Position numbers and translations under genes: made by a program. Below the pieces are notes generated by a model that was not told the origin of the DNA, did no database searches, and was given only the letters and a program-made list of their open reading frames with translations. Below, piece after piece: positions 31,757 through 44,175 of a DNA stretch of 64,000 nt (position 1 is the stretch's first letter; the number at the start of each line of letters is the position of its first letter). The stretch covers positions 1,152,001-1,216,000 of the forward strand of contig CAWCRS010000007.1 in NCBI GenBank assembly GCA_963798085.1, in the 5' to 3' direction. The stretch is from an uncultured Gemmatimonadales bacterium. Lineage in GTDB: Bacteria > Gemmatimonadota > Gemmatimonadetes > Longimicrobiales > RSA9.

Positions 31757-32998
31757 TCAGGCACCCGTCGGCTCAGCATAGATCTCCGGGTCCGGCATGG
31801 CGGAGCGAGCGCCGCGAATCGGTCGCGTGCCGGCGCGCGAAATCAGCACGGCGCCGAAGCCGATGCTGATTGCGGCCCAGGTCGTCACGGCACCGAGTGC
31901 CACCAGGATACCGTAGAGGAAACCCAGCCACGGTCCCGCCATGCGCACCACGTTCATGATGATGAACGGTGCCATCAGCAGCCCCAGGCCGGTCATGAGG
32001 AAATAGTAGGAATTGCCGCGCTGGAACCAGTCGCTGGCGTAGAAACGACGCTCGGCCAGTGCCTCACCCGCAGCGTGTGCCACACCGACATACCCGAGCA
32101 CCACCGCGAGGCCTGCCGCAACCGGGAACAACGGCAGCCATACGAGCAGCGCCGGAATGCCAATGATCGAGATGCACAGCGCAATGATTCCCAGAATGAA
32201 CGCCGGGATCACGAGGAACGAGGCAGCCAGGCCCACCAGCATCGAGCGCGTCGTCGCGTTGCGTGCCGTGTCGGCTACGCCTTCAATGTAGCGACGCCCG
32301 CCGAAGAAGATCGTGGCGAAGGACAGCGCGAAGAAAATCCCGTACATCAGCGCTACTTTCATGATGCCCGACAGGCCCGCAAAGAAATGGCGCAGCGGTG
32401 ACCGGAACCAGCCGCCACGGTCGCGGTCGACCTGCACGCGTATCGGGATGTCCAGTTTTTCCGCTTTCAGCTCCTCGACCTGCGCGCGCAGCTCGCTGAT
32501 ACGGTCGACCAGCCGGTCGACGCTGTCACCGATCTGCGCGCCGCCCTCGACGCTGCCCGCTGTCGCGTCTGCCGGGATGACTTCGCCCGGTTGCGCCAGC
32601 AGTGCTTCGTCGAGCCGGGCGTCCAGGGCCGAACCTTCCGGAGCTTTCCACTGCACCAGCATGCGCGCCAGGCGCTCACTCGGTGCTTCCATGGCGGCGT
32701 TCAGCAGCTCGCGCCAGGAACGGTCCAGCTCGCCGCCGCGCGGCGCAGCGCCCACCTCATCGTCGTCCACGTAGGCATGGCCGTCATGCACCGCGAACTC
32801 GCTGTGCTTTCCGCCAGCCAGTTCCAGATCCAGCTTCGCTTCGTCACGCGAGAGCGAAATCTCGCTCGAGACAATGCGCCGGAATTCCTGGCCGGCCGGG
32901 CGTGTCTGCCGGCGCTGCGCCAGGGCGGGCAGCGCGGCCACTGCCAGCAGTGCTGTCGTTACCAGCAGGAGGCGGCCCTCAGAACGTGTAGGAAACAT
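31757..32998 (-). CDS. Membrane protein: signal peptide, soluble domain, multi-TM C-terminus
   Basis: Start MFPTRSE overlaps the anti-sigma gene; SIIGIP motif in the TM bundle. Confidence 0.7.
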   Translation of the reverse strand: MFPTRSEGRLLLVTTALLAVAALPALAQRRQTRPAGQEFRRIVSSEISLSRDEAKLDLELAGGKHSEFAVHDGHAYVDDDEVGAAPRGGELDRSWRELLNAAMEAPSERLARMLVQWKAPEGSALDARLDEALLAQPGEVIPADATAGSVEGGAQIGDSVDRLVDRISELRAQVEELKAEKLDIPIRVQVDRDRGGWFRSPLRHFFAGLSGIMKVALMYGIFFALSFATIFFGGRRYIEGVADTARNATTRSMLVGLAASFLVIPAFILGIIALCISIIGIPALLVWLPLFPVAAGLAVVLGYVGVAHAAGEALAERRFYASDWFQRGNSYYFLMTGLGLLMAPFIIMNVVRMAGPWLGFLYGILVALGAVTTWAAISIGFGAVLISRAGTRPIRGARSAMPDPEIYAEPTGA

Positions 32999-33653
32999 AG
33001 GTCGATCCCCGGTTGGGAGTGCGGAAGAGATTTCTGTACAGCACCCAGGCCGAAACAAGAAGTACCGCCGCCACACTGGCGGCGAGAACGCCCGCGCCCC
33101 GCATGCCCGCCGATCCCAGGAAGGATGTGACGGAGCGGATCAACCAGACGGCGACATCCGTGTGCACCAGCCGGTTGGCAGTGCCCGAAGCCACCTGATT
33201 GGCGCCGGTCGCGAACAAATCGGTCGAGAAGACCCACAGCCGGTATGCCGTGAGGTAGGATCGTGAAAGCAGCCAGAACGCCAGCGTTCCAATGGCGAGC
33301 ACCGGCATCGACAGCAGCGCCACCGCCAGCGCCCATCCCGGCGTGGTGTGGGGCAGCAGCCGGCCGAACCAGCCGAAAGACTGCTCGGCCCGGCGGAACC
33401 AGTCGCGAGCACCGCCCGTCGCCGGTTCCGGGACATGCACGTGAGCCATCACGCGATCCGCGAAGCCTGGCGCCGGAGAGAACGACGGCAGCGCGGACAG
33501 CGAGGCGAAAAGCGCCTTCCAGTCGGCGATTTCGGCACGGCACCGGCCACAGGCATGAACGTGGGACTCAATGTCAGCGCGCTCGCTCCGGGGAAGCGAA
33601 CCGTCGCTGAAGGCCTCGAGTCTCTCGTCCGTAGGGTGTGTCGTTTCCTGCAT
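32979..33653 (-). CDS. Zinc-binding membrane anti-sigma factor (RsiW-like, ZAS/zf-HC2)
   Basis: N-terminal H, then HVHACGRC (HxxxCxxC), P.GFADRVM, TM segments; follows the ECF sigma gene. Confidence 0.88.
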   Translation of the reverse strand: MQETTHPTDERLEAFSDGSLPRSERADIESHVHACGRCRAEIADWKALFASLSALPSFSPAPGFADRVMAHVHVPEPATGGARDWFRRAEQSFGWFGRLLPHTTPGWALAVALLSMPVLAIGTLAFWLLSRSYLTAYRLWVFSTDLFATGANQVASGTANRLVHTDVAVWLIRSVTSFLGSAGMRGAGVLAASVAAVLLVSAWVLYRNLFRTPNRGSTYVSYTF

Positions 33654-33709
33654 GTTCCGTCGGTCTCCCGTTTGGCTGGATCCCTTACGCGGGCGCGTGG
33701 GCCCGGGTT

Positions 33710-34301
33710 TCAACAGCGCAAGTGGGCGAGGTGCTTGCGCAACTCGTTCCTCGCCCGATGGATGTACGTCTTCACCGTACCGAGTGGCACGTCCATGATC
33801 TGCGCCACTTCCTCGTACGGCCGGCCTTCCACGTGACACAGCAGAATCGCAGTCCGATACTCCGTCCGAAGCTTGCCGATCGCCCGCTCAATGTGGCCCC
33901 CGATCTCTCTGCTCGAATGCGAAGTCTTCAGGCGTCTCATCGCCGGAGACAGGCGTCAGAACGGTCGCCTCCACCTCGTCCGCGGTGGATGCATGCGGCG
34001 AGCCGTGTATGGACAGCGTCTCGACCTGCTTGCGGCGCAGATCATCGAGCGCTGTGTTGTGCGCGATCTTGAAGATCCAGGAACTGAATTTGTAGCTGGG
34101 GTCGTAGCGGTCCAGCGCATTGAGGACCTTGATGAAGGTTTCCTGCGAGAGGTCTTCGGCTCGCTCCCGATCACGGACCAGTCTGTAAATGAGGGAGAAC
34201 ACCGGACGCTCGTAGCGCCGGATAAGTTCCCGGAAAGCGCTCTCCCGACCCTGGCGAGCCCGCTCGACGACTTCCTGGTCTGACAGCTTGCTGTGGTCCA
34301 C
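33710..34301 (-). CDS. ECF sigma factor (SigW/RpoE-like); +1 frameshift at about 33916
   Basis: Region 2 (AEDLSQETFIK, FSSWIFKIAHN) and region 4 (YEEVAQIMDVPLGTVKTYIHRAR) in adjacent frames; removing one T gives EDFASSREIG. Confidence 0.9.
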
Positions 34302-34349
34302 TTCTCCGCGGTCGAAGTGGGATGTCGGCTCGTGCCGGCACAGGGGTCA

Positions 34350-34376
34350 TACGACCCCTCCCGTCCCGCGGTTTCA
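34350..34376 (-). promoter_or_regulatory. Putative autoregulatory ECF promoter
   Basis: Minus strand TGAAAC-N17-CGTA, about 50 nt upstream of the sigma start; resembles the B. subtilis SigW consensus. Confidence 0.7.
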
Positions 34377-34466
34377 GGACGGCTTGCCGGCGATTCCACG
34401 AGTGGAATACGTTGCCGCCGCCGGAGCCTTCACGGCAATCTGCTTCTGCTTCAGGAACTTGCAAGG

Positions 34467-35267
34467 ATGCGCACAGACCTACCGGAAGACCGGCTCGAGG
34501 CTGTGGACGACGTCGGGCGGCTCGCCGGCAGAGCGGCACGCGAAGCCGTTCGTGCGCCCACACCAGCCCAGAAGGCTGCCGCCATCCAGCGCATGTTCTC
34601 GCTCGTGGCGCCCCGCTACGATCTGCTGAACCACTTGCTCAGCCTGAACATCGACAAACGCTGGCGCCGCATGGCCGTGGACCGGTTGCTGGAAAACTGC
34701 GCGCCATCCGCGACAGTTCTCGATTCCTGCGCCGGCACACTCGACCTCGCCGTCGAGCTGGCGCAGCGGCCCGTGTTCCGGGGCCGCGTCGTCGCCTGCG
34801 ATTTTGCGCTCCCCATGCTGCAGCGCGGCCAGTCCAAGATCGCCGGCCTGCGCGTGGATGTGGCCTGCAGCAATGCGCTCCGCTTGCCGCTGCGCGCGGG
34901 CTCGGCGGGCGGCGCGCTTATCGGCTTCGGCCTGCGCAATCTGGCGACCGTTGCGGACGGGCTCAGCGAATTCCGACGTGTGCTGGCGCCCGGCGCCCCT
35001 CTCGTGATCCTCGAGTTCCGCACGCCGTCGAGGCAGCCGCTGCGCGCCGCCTACCTCTTCTACTTCAGGCGCCTCCTGCCGCTCCTGGGAAGGGCGATAT
35101 CCGGGCACGGCAGCGCCTACCGCTACCTGCCGGAATCCGTGCTCGATTTTCCGGAGCCCCACGATCTGGCCGATCGCATGGCGGCGGCCGGGTTCAGGGA
35201 TGTGCGCTGGCAGGATCTGTCCGGCGGCATTGCCGCTGTGCACTGGGGAATCGCCGCTGACACCTGA
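34467..35267 (+). CDS. menG: Demethylmenaquinone methyltransferase (MenG/UbiE)
   Basis: MF..VAPRYDLLNHLLS...DKRWRR, VLD.CAGT.D, FGLRN, AYRYLPESV..FP. Confidence 0.85.
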   Translation: MRTDLPEDRLEAVDDVGRLAGRAAREAVRAPTPAQKAAAIQRMFSLVAPRYDLLNHLLSLNIDKRWRRMAVDRLLENCAPSATVLDSCAGTLDLAVELAQRPVFRGRVVACDFALPMLQRGQSKIAGLRVDVACSNALRLPLRAGSAGGALIGFGLRNLATVADGLSEFRRVLAPGAPLVILEFRTPSRQPLRAAYLFYFRRLLPLLGRAISGHGSAYRYLPESVLDFPEPHDLADRMAAAGFRDVRWQDLSGGIAAVHWGIAADT

Positions 35268-35297
35268 GCGATAGCGTGTGAGACCAGCGCGTTCGCG

Positions 35298-37223
<1,926 letters not shown>

Positions 37224-37416
37224 GGCCCCGGCGCTGGGTGACGGTGCTGAACATGGGTGCGGTGCAAGATGGAGATGCGGCCTTCCCTGCGACAGCGCAC
37301 GCGCTGCGCAAAGAACTGGCGCCCGGGTGAGTTTGCACCCGGGCGCCTGTGGCACCCCGCGGCCGTCGGAAGGAGCACATAAGCCGGGGATGCCCCGTAC
37401 ACTCAATCGTCAGGTT

Positions 37417-38094
37417 TCAGCCGCCGTTCTTGCGTAGCAGCGCCTTGCGATAATCGTCGCTCGCGTAGATGGCCACCTCGACGCGACGATTCTGCTGGCG
37501 GCCCTCGTCCGTGGCGTTGTCTGCAACCGGTTCGGTCTCGCCACGGCCCGCCGTCTGGATGCGCGCGCGGTTCACCCCCTCGCCGCCCAGGAATGCTGCG
37601 GCCGATTCCGCCCGCCGCTGCGACAGATCGCGGTTGTATGAGGCCGCGCCAATGGAATCCGTGTGGCCGACGATCATCACGTCCGTGTTGGGATGCTGAC
37701 TCAGACTCTTCGCGAGATTGTCCAGATTGGTGCGGGCGTTGCCCTCTATGACGTCAGAGTCGAACGCGAACATGAGTCCTGAATCGAAGGTCACCAGGAT
37801 GCCTTCGCCCACGCGTTCGACCTTCGCATTCGGAATTTCGGCCGCCAGCTCGGCGGCCTGCTTGTCCATCTGCGCGCCGATCAGCGCGCCGGCCGTGCCG
37901 CCGATGACTGCACCGATGATGGCGCCCTTGGCCGTGGATCCCGCGGCCTTGCCGATGGCGCCACCGACGACCGCGCCACCGCCCGCGCCGATCACGGCGC
38001 CCTTCTGTGTCTTCGACATCGAGGCGCAGGCGGCGAACCCGACGGGCGCAGCCAGAAGCAGCGCCCAGGCTGCTGCACGATCGACTCGTCTCAT
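37417..38094 (-). CDS. OmpA-family lipoprotein with glycine zipper (YiaD-like)
   Basis: Lipobox FAAC, GxxxG repeats, GHTDS.G...N..LS.RRA, NRRVE. Confidence 0.92.
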   Translation of the reverse strand: MRRVDRAAAWALLLAAPVGFAACASMSKTQKGAVIGAGGGAVVGGAIGKAAGSTAKGAIIGAVIGGTAGALIGAQMDKQAAELAAEIPNAKVERVGEGILVTFDSGLMFAFDSDVIEGNARTNLDNLAKSLSQHPNTDVMIVGHTDSIGAASYNRDLSQRRAESAAAFLGGEGVNRARIQTAGRGETEPVADNATDEGRQQNRRVEVAIYASDDYRKALLRKNGG

Positions 38095-38351
38095 ATGACT
38101 CTCTCTCCCCTCGAATGGACTGCGTCTTTTCGGTCCGTCCTGCACCGTTCTGCGGGAGGCAAGGGCAATGCCATGGCTAGGGGCATCGTCGCGGAAGATA
38201 TTGTATGGCAGGAGGATGTGGAATCCGTCGCGAGCCGGTCCAGGGGCACGGAAGACTGACCTGTCCACCGGCGTGAACGGCCGTCCCGTCCGGGCGTGGG
38301 GACAGAGCGAAGCGTAGATTGCGCCGGTCGAACCACCCACCAAAGCAGGCA

Positions 38352-39713
38352 ATGAACATGAGAATCGCCGCACTCGTGGTACTGCTGGCCGCAACGACGG
38401 CAGCGCCCCTGACGGCCCAGGAGCGGCCGCTGGGCACGGAGCGTGAGCAGGCCGCGATCCGCCAGGGCTGGGTGCGTGACCGACTCGACCGAGTGCTGCC
38501 TCGCCTGATGCGTGAGCAGGGCGTGGACATGTGGATCCTGCCGGTCCGCGAGTACAACGAGGATCCCGTGTTCTGGTCGATCGTCTCACCGACAACGATG
38601 GCTGCACGACGACGCACCATCTACGTCTTCTTCGATCGCGGGCCGCAGCATGGTGTCGAGCGACTTGCCATTGGCGGCACCTCGCAAGGCGATCTGTTCC
38701 GTGTGATACGCGAAGCAAGCGCAGCCATCGGCACGGCGGGCACCAGCCGGCGCCCGGCCGAGCCGTACGGCCCCGAGCAGTGGCAGCTGCTGGCGGACAT
38801 CGTGAACGAACGGAATCCCAGGACCATCGCACTGGATGCTTCCGCGACGCACGCATTCTCCGACGGTCTCACCGTGGGTGAATACGAAGCGCTGCAGGCG
38901 GCGCTCGGGCCGGCCTGGTCGAGCCGGTTCGTGCGCCGCGAGCTGCTGGCTCTCGAATACATCGAAGAGCGCATCCCGGAGATGCTGCCCCAGTACCGCC
39001 GCATGATGCAGCGGGTGCACGAGATCATTGCCACCGCGTTTTCCGCGCAGGTCATTACGCCCGGCCGTACCACAACGGATGACGTGGTGTGGTGGTTGCG
39101 GCAGCGGGTGACCGATCTGGGCCTGGGCACATGGTTCCATCCCTCTGTCAATGTGCAGCGGCGGGGCGTGGAGATGGGCGACTCCGCGAGTCCTGTCATC
39201 CAGCGTGGCGATGTGCTGCACTGCGACTTCGGCATCACGGCGCTGGGGCTCAACACGGATACGCAGCACATGGGCTACGTGCTGCGCGCGGGCGAGACGG
39301 ATGCGCCGGCCGGTTTACGGGCGGCGCTGCAGCGCGGCAACCGCCTGCAGGATCTGCTGCTCGCGGAGATGCAGCCCGGGCGCACCGGTAATGAGGTGTT
39401 AAGCCGCACACTGCAGCGCATGCGCAGCGAGAAGATCGATGGCAGCATCTACACGCACCCGATCGGCGACAACGGCCATGGCGCCGGGCCGCTCATCGGG
39501 CTCTGGGATCGCCAGAATGGGGTGCCCGGCCGGGGCGAGGTGAAGTTGCGTGCCAACACGTGGTTCTCCATCGAGCTGCAGGCGACGGCACCGGTTGCCG
39601 AATGGGATGGTCAGGCTGTGCGCATGGCGCTGGAGGAAGATGCCGCGCTGAATGAACGCGGTGAGAGGCAGTGGGTACTTCGTCGCCAGGAGCAGTTTCA
39701 CCTGGTCCATTGA
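38352..39713 (+). CDS. Secreted M24-family (Xaa-Pro) metallopeptidase
   Basis: Signal peptide; metal ligands HCDFG, NTDTQ, THPIG..GH, SIE, LEED. Confidence 0.82.
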   Translation: MNMRIAALVVLLAATTAAPLTAQERPLGTEREQAAIRQGWVRDRLDRVLPRLMREQGVDMWILPVREYNEDPVFWSIVSPTTMAARRRTIYVFFDRGPQHGVERLAIGGTSQGDLFRVIREASAAIGTAGTSRRPAEPYGPEQWQLLADIVNERNPRTIALDASATHAFSDGLTVGEYEALQAALGPAWSSRFVRRELLALEYIEERIPEMLPQYRRMMQRVHEIIATAFSAQVITPGRTTTDDVVWWLRQRVTDLGLGTWFHPSVNVQRRGVEMGDSASPVIQRGDVLHCDFGITALGLNTDTQHMGYVLRAGETDAPAGLRAALQRGNRLQDLLLAEMQPGRTGNEVLSRTLQRMRSEKIDGSIYTHPIGDNGHGAGPLIGLWDRQNGVPGRGEVKLRANTWFSIELQATAPVAEWDGQAVRMALEEDAALNERGERQWVLRRQEQFHLVH

Positions 39714-39718
39714 GGCGG

Positions 39719-40240
39719 ATGGCTTTTACCACGACAGCAGAGCGGCCAGGGCAGGGGTCCACGAGGGCGGGCCGCAGCGTGCTGGTGGTCGGACTGCTCC
39801 TTGTCAGTGCCGGGTGCCGTGATGCGCCTGCGCGAACCGCCGCCTCCAGTCCGCCGCCGCCACCCGCCGCGGCTGCCACCCGAGTGACAGCCAGCACCAC
39901 CCCGCGGGCGCCGGCCTCGCCGGTCACGCAACCCGTGCTGGCGGTGCAGGCACTCTCCGACGCGAAGCAGGTCACGGTGAGACTGTCCGAGTTCCATGTA
40001 GCGCTTTCCCGCGACACACTGCGCGATGGCAATACAGCATTCGTGGTGCAGAATGCGGGTCAGCGAGAGCACAGCGTGCTGATACGCGGCGACAATGGCA
40101 TGCGCTGGCGCTCGGCCAGGATGGCGCCAGGAGCGAGCGTCACCATGAGAATGCCGCTGCCGCCGGGTCGCTACACCATCTCGAGCACGGATTCGGTCTA
40201 CACGGGCCGCGGCATGCACGCTTCTCTGATCGTTCGCTGA
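39719..40240 (+). CDS. Lipoprotein with cupredoxin-like fold, copper site degenerate
   Basis: SAGC lipobox, Pro-rich linker, V.N.G...H, PG.S, PG.Y...GM...L.V. Confidence 0.6.
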   Translation: MAFTTTAERPGQGSTRAGRSVLVVGLLLVSAGCRDAPARTAASSPPPPPAAAATRVTASTTPRAPASPVTQPVLAVQALSDAKQVTVRLSEFHVALSRDTLRDGNTAFVVQNAGQREHSVLIRGDNGMRWRSARMAPGASVTMRMPLPPGRYTISSTDSVYTGRGMHASLIVR

Positions 40241-40244
40241 GCGT

Positions 40245-41120
40245 ATGAGCTACGCAACACATGATGCTGGCGAACGACTCGCGCTGGCTGCGCGGGCCGC
40301 GCGTGCAGCCGGCGAGGGCATCATGCAGCGCTACGGTGAGACGGAGCACGAGACGAAGGCGGGGGGCTCGCCGGTCACGGAAGCGGATCTGGAGGCCAAT
40401 GCGCTGCTGGTGAAGGCTTTGCGCGAGGCCTGGCCGGAAGAGCCGGTGCTCGCGGAGGAATCCGCGGATAACCCGGCCCGTCTGATGGCGGACCGGCTGT
40501 GGGTGGTGGACCCGCTGGACGGAACGAAGGAGTTCCTGGCGCGCAACGGGGAGTTCTCCGTCATGGTGGGGTGGGTGCTCCACGGCGAGCCAATGGTGGG
40601 TGTGGTCTACCTTCCGGCCCGGCGGTTGCTGTACGGAGCGGCCCGCGGTGGTGGTGCCTGGGTGGAGGAGGACGGCGGCACACGCCGGCCCCTGCATGCC
40701 GTACCGGCCCACATGCGGTCGCTGCGCATGGTGGGTTCGCGGTCCCATCCGGATGCGCTGCTGGCGCGCATGAAGCAGGCGCTGGGTGTGGAGGACGTGA
40801 AGCCGTCCGGCTCGGTGGGCATCAAGTGTGCGCGCATCGCCGAGGGCGAGCGCGATCTCTACATCCACCCGGTGCCGTACCTGAAGGAGTGGGACACGTG
40901 CGCGCCGGAAGTGTTGCTGCGCGAAGCGGGTGGGTCCGTGTCGGATTGTCTGGGTGAACCCCTGCGCTACAACAAGAGGGTACCGTCGCAGCCGCACGGC
41001 ATTGTGGCGTGCGGACCGGGCCTGCTGGAAGGCGTAATGGAACGCATTCGTCCGCTGTATCGTGCCGCGCTGCTCGAGCGTGGTGCAGCAGCGGGACCAG
41101 AGAGCGGAACGAGGGCATGA
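40245..41120 (+). CDS. cysQ: 3'(2'),5'-bisphosphate nucleotidase
   Basis: SPVTEAD, AEES, DPLDGTKEF, SRSH, EWDTCA. Confidence 0.9.
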   Translation: MSYATHDAGERLALAARAARAAGEGIMQRYGETEHETKAGGSPVTEADLEANALLVKALREAWPEEPVLAEESADNPARLMADRLWVVDPLDGTKEFLARNGEFSVMVGWVLHGEPMVGVVYLPARRLLYGAARGGGAWVEEDGGTRRPLHAVPAHMRSLRMVGSRSHPDALLARMKQALGVEDVKPSGSVGIKCARIAEGERDLYIHPVPYLKEWDTCAPEVLLREAGGSVSDCLGEPLRYNKRVPSQPHGIVACGPGLLEGVMERIRPLYRAALLERGAAAGPESGTRA

Positions 41121-41749
41121 AACCGAAGAGCGAGAATATTTTCTGGGAACATGGTCAGATCACGCGCGGCGATCGCGAGCGGCGCAATGAACACAAGGGT
41201 GCCACGCTGTGGTTCACGGGACTTTCCGGATCGGGCAAGAGCACGCTGGCGCAGCTGCTGGAGCAGGCGCTGTTCGCGCGCGGCTGCCAGGTCTACGTGC
41301 TGGATGGCGACAATATCCGGCACGGCCTGAATCGCGACCTGGGCTTCAGCCCGAAGGACCGAACGGAGAACATCCGCCGCATAGGTGATGTGGCGAAGCT
41401 GTTCACCGAGGCGGGTGTCATTGCCATCACCGCCTTCATCTCGCCGTACCGTGCCGACCGGGACATGGTGCGCGCCCAGATGCGCGGCGGCGATTTCATC
41501 GAAGTCTTCGTCGACTGCTCGCTGGACGTGTGCGAGTCGCGCGATCCGAAGGGGCTCTACCAGAAGGCGAGAGCCGGGCAGATCCCCGAGTTCACCGGTA
41601 TCTCAGCGCCCTACGAGGCGCCGGAAAAGCCGGAGCTGGTGCTGCACACGGACCATGCGACGCCACAGGAGTGTGTCGAGCAGCTGCTCGCGTACCTCGA
41701 GGCCAACGGCTATTTCGCCGCGGCCCCGGACCTGACGTCGCGGGTCTGA
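41117..41749 (+). CDS. cysC: Adenylyl-sulfate kinase
   Basis: [38 protein letters not shown]. Confidence 0.96.
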   Translation: MKPKSENIFWEHGQITRGDRERRNEHKGATLWFTGLSGSGKSTLAQLLEQALFARGCQVYVLDGDNIRHGLNRDLGFSPKDRTENIRRIGDVAKLFTEAGVIAITAFISPYRADRDMVRAQMRGGDFIEVFVDCSLDVCESRDPKGLYQKARAGQIPEFTGISAPYEAPEKPELVLHTDHATPQECVEQLLAYLEANGYFAAAPDLTSRV

Positions 41750-41795
41750 AGCCGGCCTTCATTCGCAGACTGATTCCCCGAACGAGAAGACAGAA

Positions 41796-42960
41796 ATGCC
41801 CATCGCAGCCTTACGGCGGAACCCTGATCGATCGCACGACGAATGCGGCGACGGCGACGGCGCTGCGCACGCGCGCGGCCACGCTGCCCCGCATTCCCGT
41901 GAGCAGTCACACGCTGTCGGACCTCTACCTCATCGCCGTGGGCGGTTACAGTCCGCTGCAGGGCTTCATGGGGCAGGCCGACTACCGCAGTGTGCTCGAT
42001 AACATGACGTTAACCAGCGGGCTGCCCTGGAGCGTGCCCATCACCCTGGCGGTGAATGACGCGGAGGCCGCGTCGCTGACGGTGGGCGGCGAGGCCGCGT
42101 TGATCGCACCCAATGGCGAGGTGGCCGCGCTGGTCGAGGTGGAGGAGATCTACGGCTGGGACCGGGACCGCGAAGCGGCGCTGGTCTACGGCACGAGCGA
42201 CCGCGCGCACCCGGGCGTGGCCAAGCTGGACACCATGGGTGACCATCTGGTGGCCGGCCCCATCACCTGGATCTACCCGCACGACATCAGCGGCTTCCCC
42301 GCGCACAATCTGACGCCGGCGCAGACGCGAGCGGAATTCACGCGTCGCGGCTGGCAGACCGTCGTCGCATTCCAGACACGCAATCCGGTGCACCGGGCGC
42401 ACGAGTACCTGCAGAAGTGCGCCATGGAAATCGTGGACGGACTGCTGCTGCACCCGCTGGTGGGCGACACGAAGTCGGACGACATTCCCGCCGACGTGCG
42501 TATGCGCTGCTACGACGTGATCCTGGAGCACTACTATCCGCAGGGCCGCGTGGTGCTCTCGGTGCTGCCCGCCGCCATGCGTTATGCCGGGCCACGGGAA
42601 GCAATTTTCCACGCCATCATGCGGCGCAACTACGGTTGCACGCACTTCATCGTGGGGCGCGATCATGCCGGGGTGGGCAACTACTACGGCACCTACGCGG
42701 CACAGGAGATCTTCGACACGGTGGATCTGGCGCAGCTGGGCATTGTGCCGCTCAAGTTCGAGCACGCCTTCTTCTGCACGAAGTGCGGCCAAATGGTGTC
42801 AAGCAAGACGTGCCCGCACGGCAAGGAGAATCACGTACACCTGTCAGGCACGAAGGTACGCGAGCTGCTGTCGCGGGGCGAGCGTCCGCCCGCGGAGTTC
42901 TCGCGTCCGGAGGTAGCTGACGTGCTGATGGAAGCGTACGCGGAGCCGCAGAGCGCCTGA
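41796..42960 (+). CDS. sat: Sulfate adenylyltransferase (Sat type); ATG at 41796 is out of frame by +1
   Basis: [39 protein letters not shown]; one extra base between ATG and PYGG. Confidence 0.93.
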
Positions 42961-42975
42961 CAAGCTGTTAGGGGC

Positions 42976-43003
42976 CCCGGAGCAGGGCGCGGCCTGCTCC
43001 GGG
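42976..43003. terminator. 11-bp hairpin between convergent sat and EamA genes
   Basis: CCCGGAGCAGG-GCGCGG-CCTGCTCCGGG. Confidence 0.7.
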
Positions 43004-43011
43004 CGCGCGGC

Positions 43012-43995
43012 TCAGCGGCGTTCCAGGCGGCGCAGCTGCGCTTCGCGGAACGACTCGAGCGCGTACCCCCCGGCCACACCACCCACCACCAGCAGCAATC
43101 CCAGCCAGCCGGCCAGCGTGAGACGTTGCCCGAACAGCAGCAGCGCCAGCAATGCGCCCACCACGGGCTCGATGCTGGCGGCAACGGCGGTGGGTGCGGC
43201 ATCAATGCGCCGCACGGCGGCAAAGAAGAAGAAGTTCGCGCCCAGCACTGCGCCAGCGCCCAGTGCGATAATGTAGACCCAGCCGGCAGCCGTACCGGGC
43301 TGCTGGGGCACGTGTCCGGTGATTGGCAGCAGCAGCCCGAGCACCAGGGTGCCGCCCACCAGTTCGAGGAACAGCACACGCCTCGAGCCGTAACGCGGCA
43401 CCGCGTACCTCGCCATCAGCGTCGAACCTGCATAGCTCACTGCCGCGAGCAGCCCGGCAACAATGCCGACGACGCGGCCGCGACCGCCGGCCGCGACCTG
43501 GACGGCGTCGTCAATGACCGATCCGTTCACGGTCAGCCATACGCCCACCATGACGATCAGCGCCATGAACAGACGCGCAGGCGTGAGTGCTTCCCTGAGC
43601 ACCGGCCTCGCCAGTATCGCGACCATGACGGGTGCGGTGTACAGGAGCGCCACCGCCGAGGCGACGCCGACACCCGCAAGGGCGAACTGGAAGGCCACCT
43701 CGAAAATGGCGACGAGCACGCCGCCCAGCAGCAGAACCAGCAGCAGTGCCGTGCGGTCGGCGCGGAACAGCGGCCGCCAGGCAATGATTCCGTAGAGCGC
43801 GAAGACAATGGTAGCGATCAGCACGCGCCAGAAACCGACGTCGGTGAGCTGAGCGCCTTCGGCGTAGAGTGCCGTGCTCAGCGGTCCGGTCGTGCCCCAG
43901 AGAGCGCCCGCGCACAGCGCGAAGACAAATCCGCCCAGGACCGGAGAATGCGCGGCAGCGGGGCCACTGCGCGGCGTCACCTTTTCTGTTGCCAT
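43012..43995 (-). CDS. EamA/DMT-family transporter
   Basis: About 10 TM; LWGT, LLYTAP, L.E, IEPV motifs. Confidence 0.9.
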   Translation of the reverse strand: MATEKVTPRSGPAAAHSPVLGGFVFALCAGALWGTTGPLSTALYAEGAQLTDVGFWRVLIATIVFALYGIIAWRPLFRADRTALLLVLLLGGVLVAIFEVAFQFALAGVGVASAVALLYTAPVMVAILARPVLREALTPARLFMALIVMVGVWLTVNGSVIDDAVQVAAGGRGRVVGIVAGLLAAVSYAGSTLMARYAVPRYGSRRVLFLELVGGTLVLGLLLPITGHVPQQPGTAAGWVYIIALGAGAVLGANFFFFAAVRRIDAAPTAVAASIEPVVGALLALLLFGQRLTLAGWLGLLLVVGGVAGGYALESFREAQLRRLERR

Positions 43996-44175
43996 GCTGC
44001 CGTGGTCTTCCACCGAATGCACTCGCTCCTGTGTGTCAGGGTGCGGGAAGGCGCGAAGCTACCGGCGCCTGCCGTGGCGAGCAACGAAGGTGGAATGGCG
44101 GGGCAGGAGTTGCGTGCGCCCGAGGGCCGGGGCATCTTCGGCCGCAGCATAGACCTCGGTGGAAGTGCATAGCAG

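Noticed and set aside
41530..42960. cysC-sat overlap or programmed fusion
   Set aside because: cysC has its own stop at 41749 and no slippery site is evident; a one-base error just after ATG 41796 is simpler.
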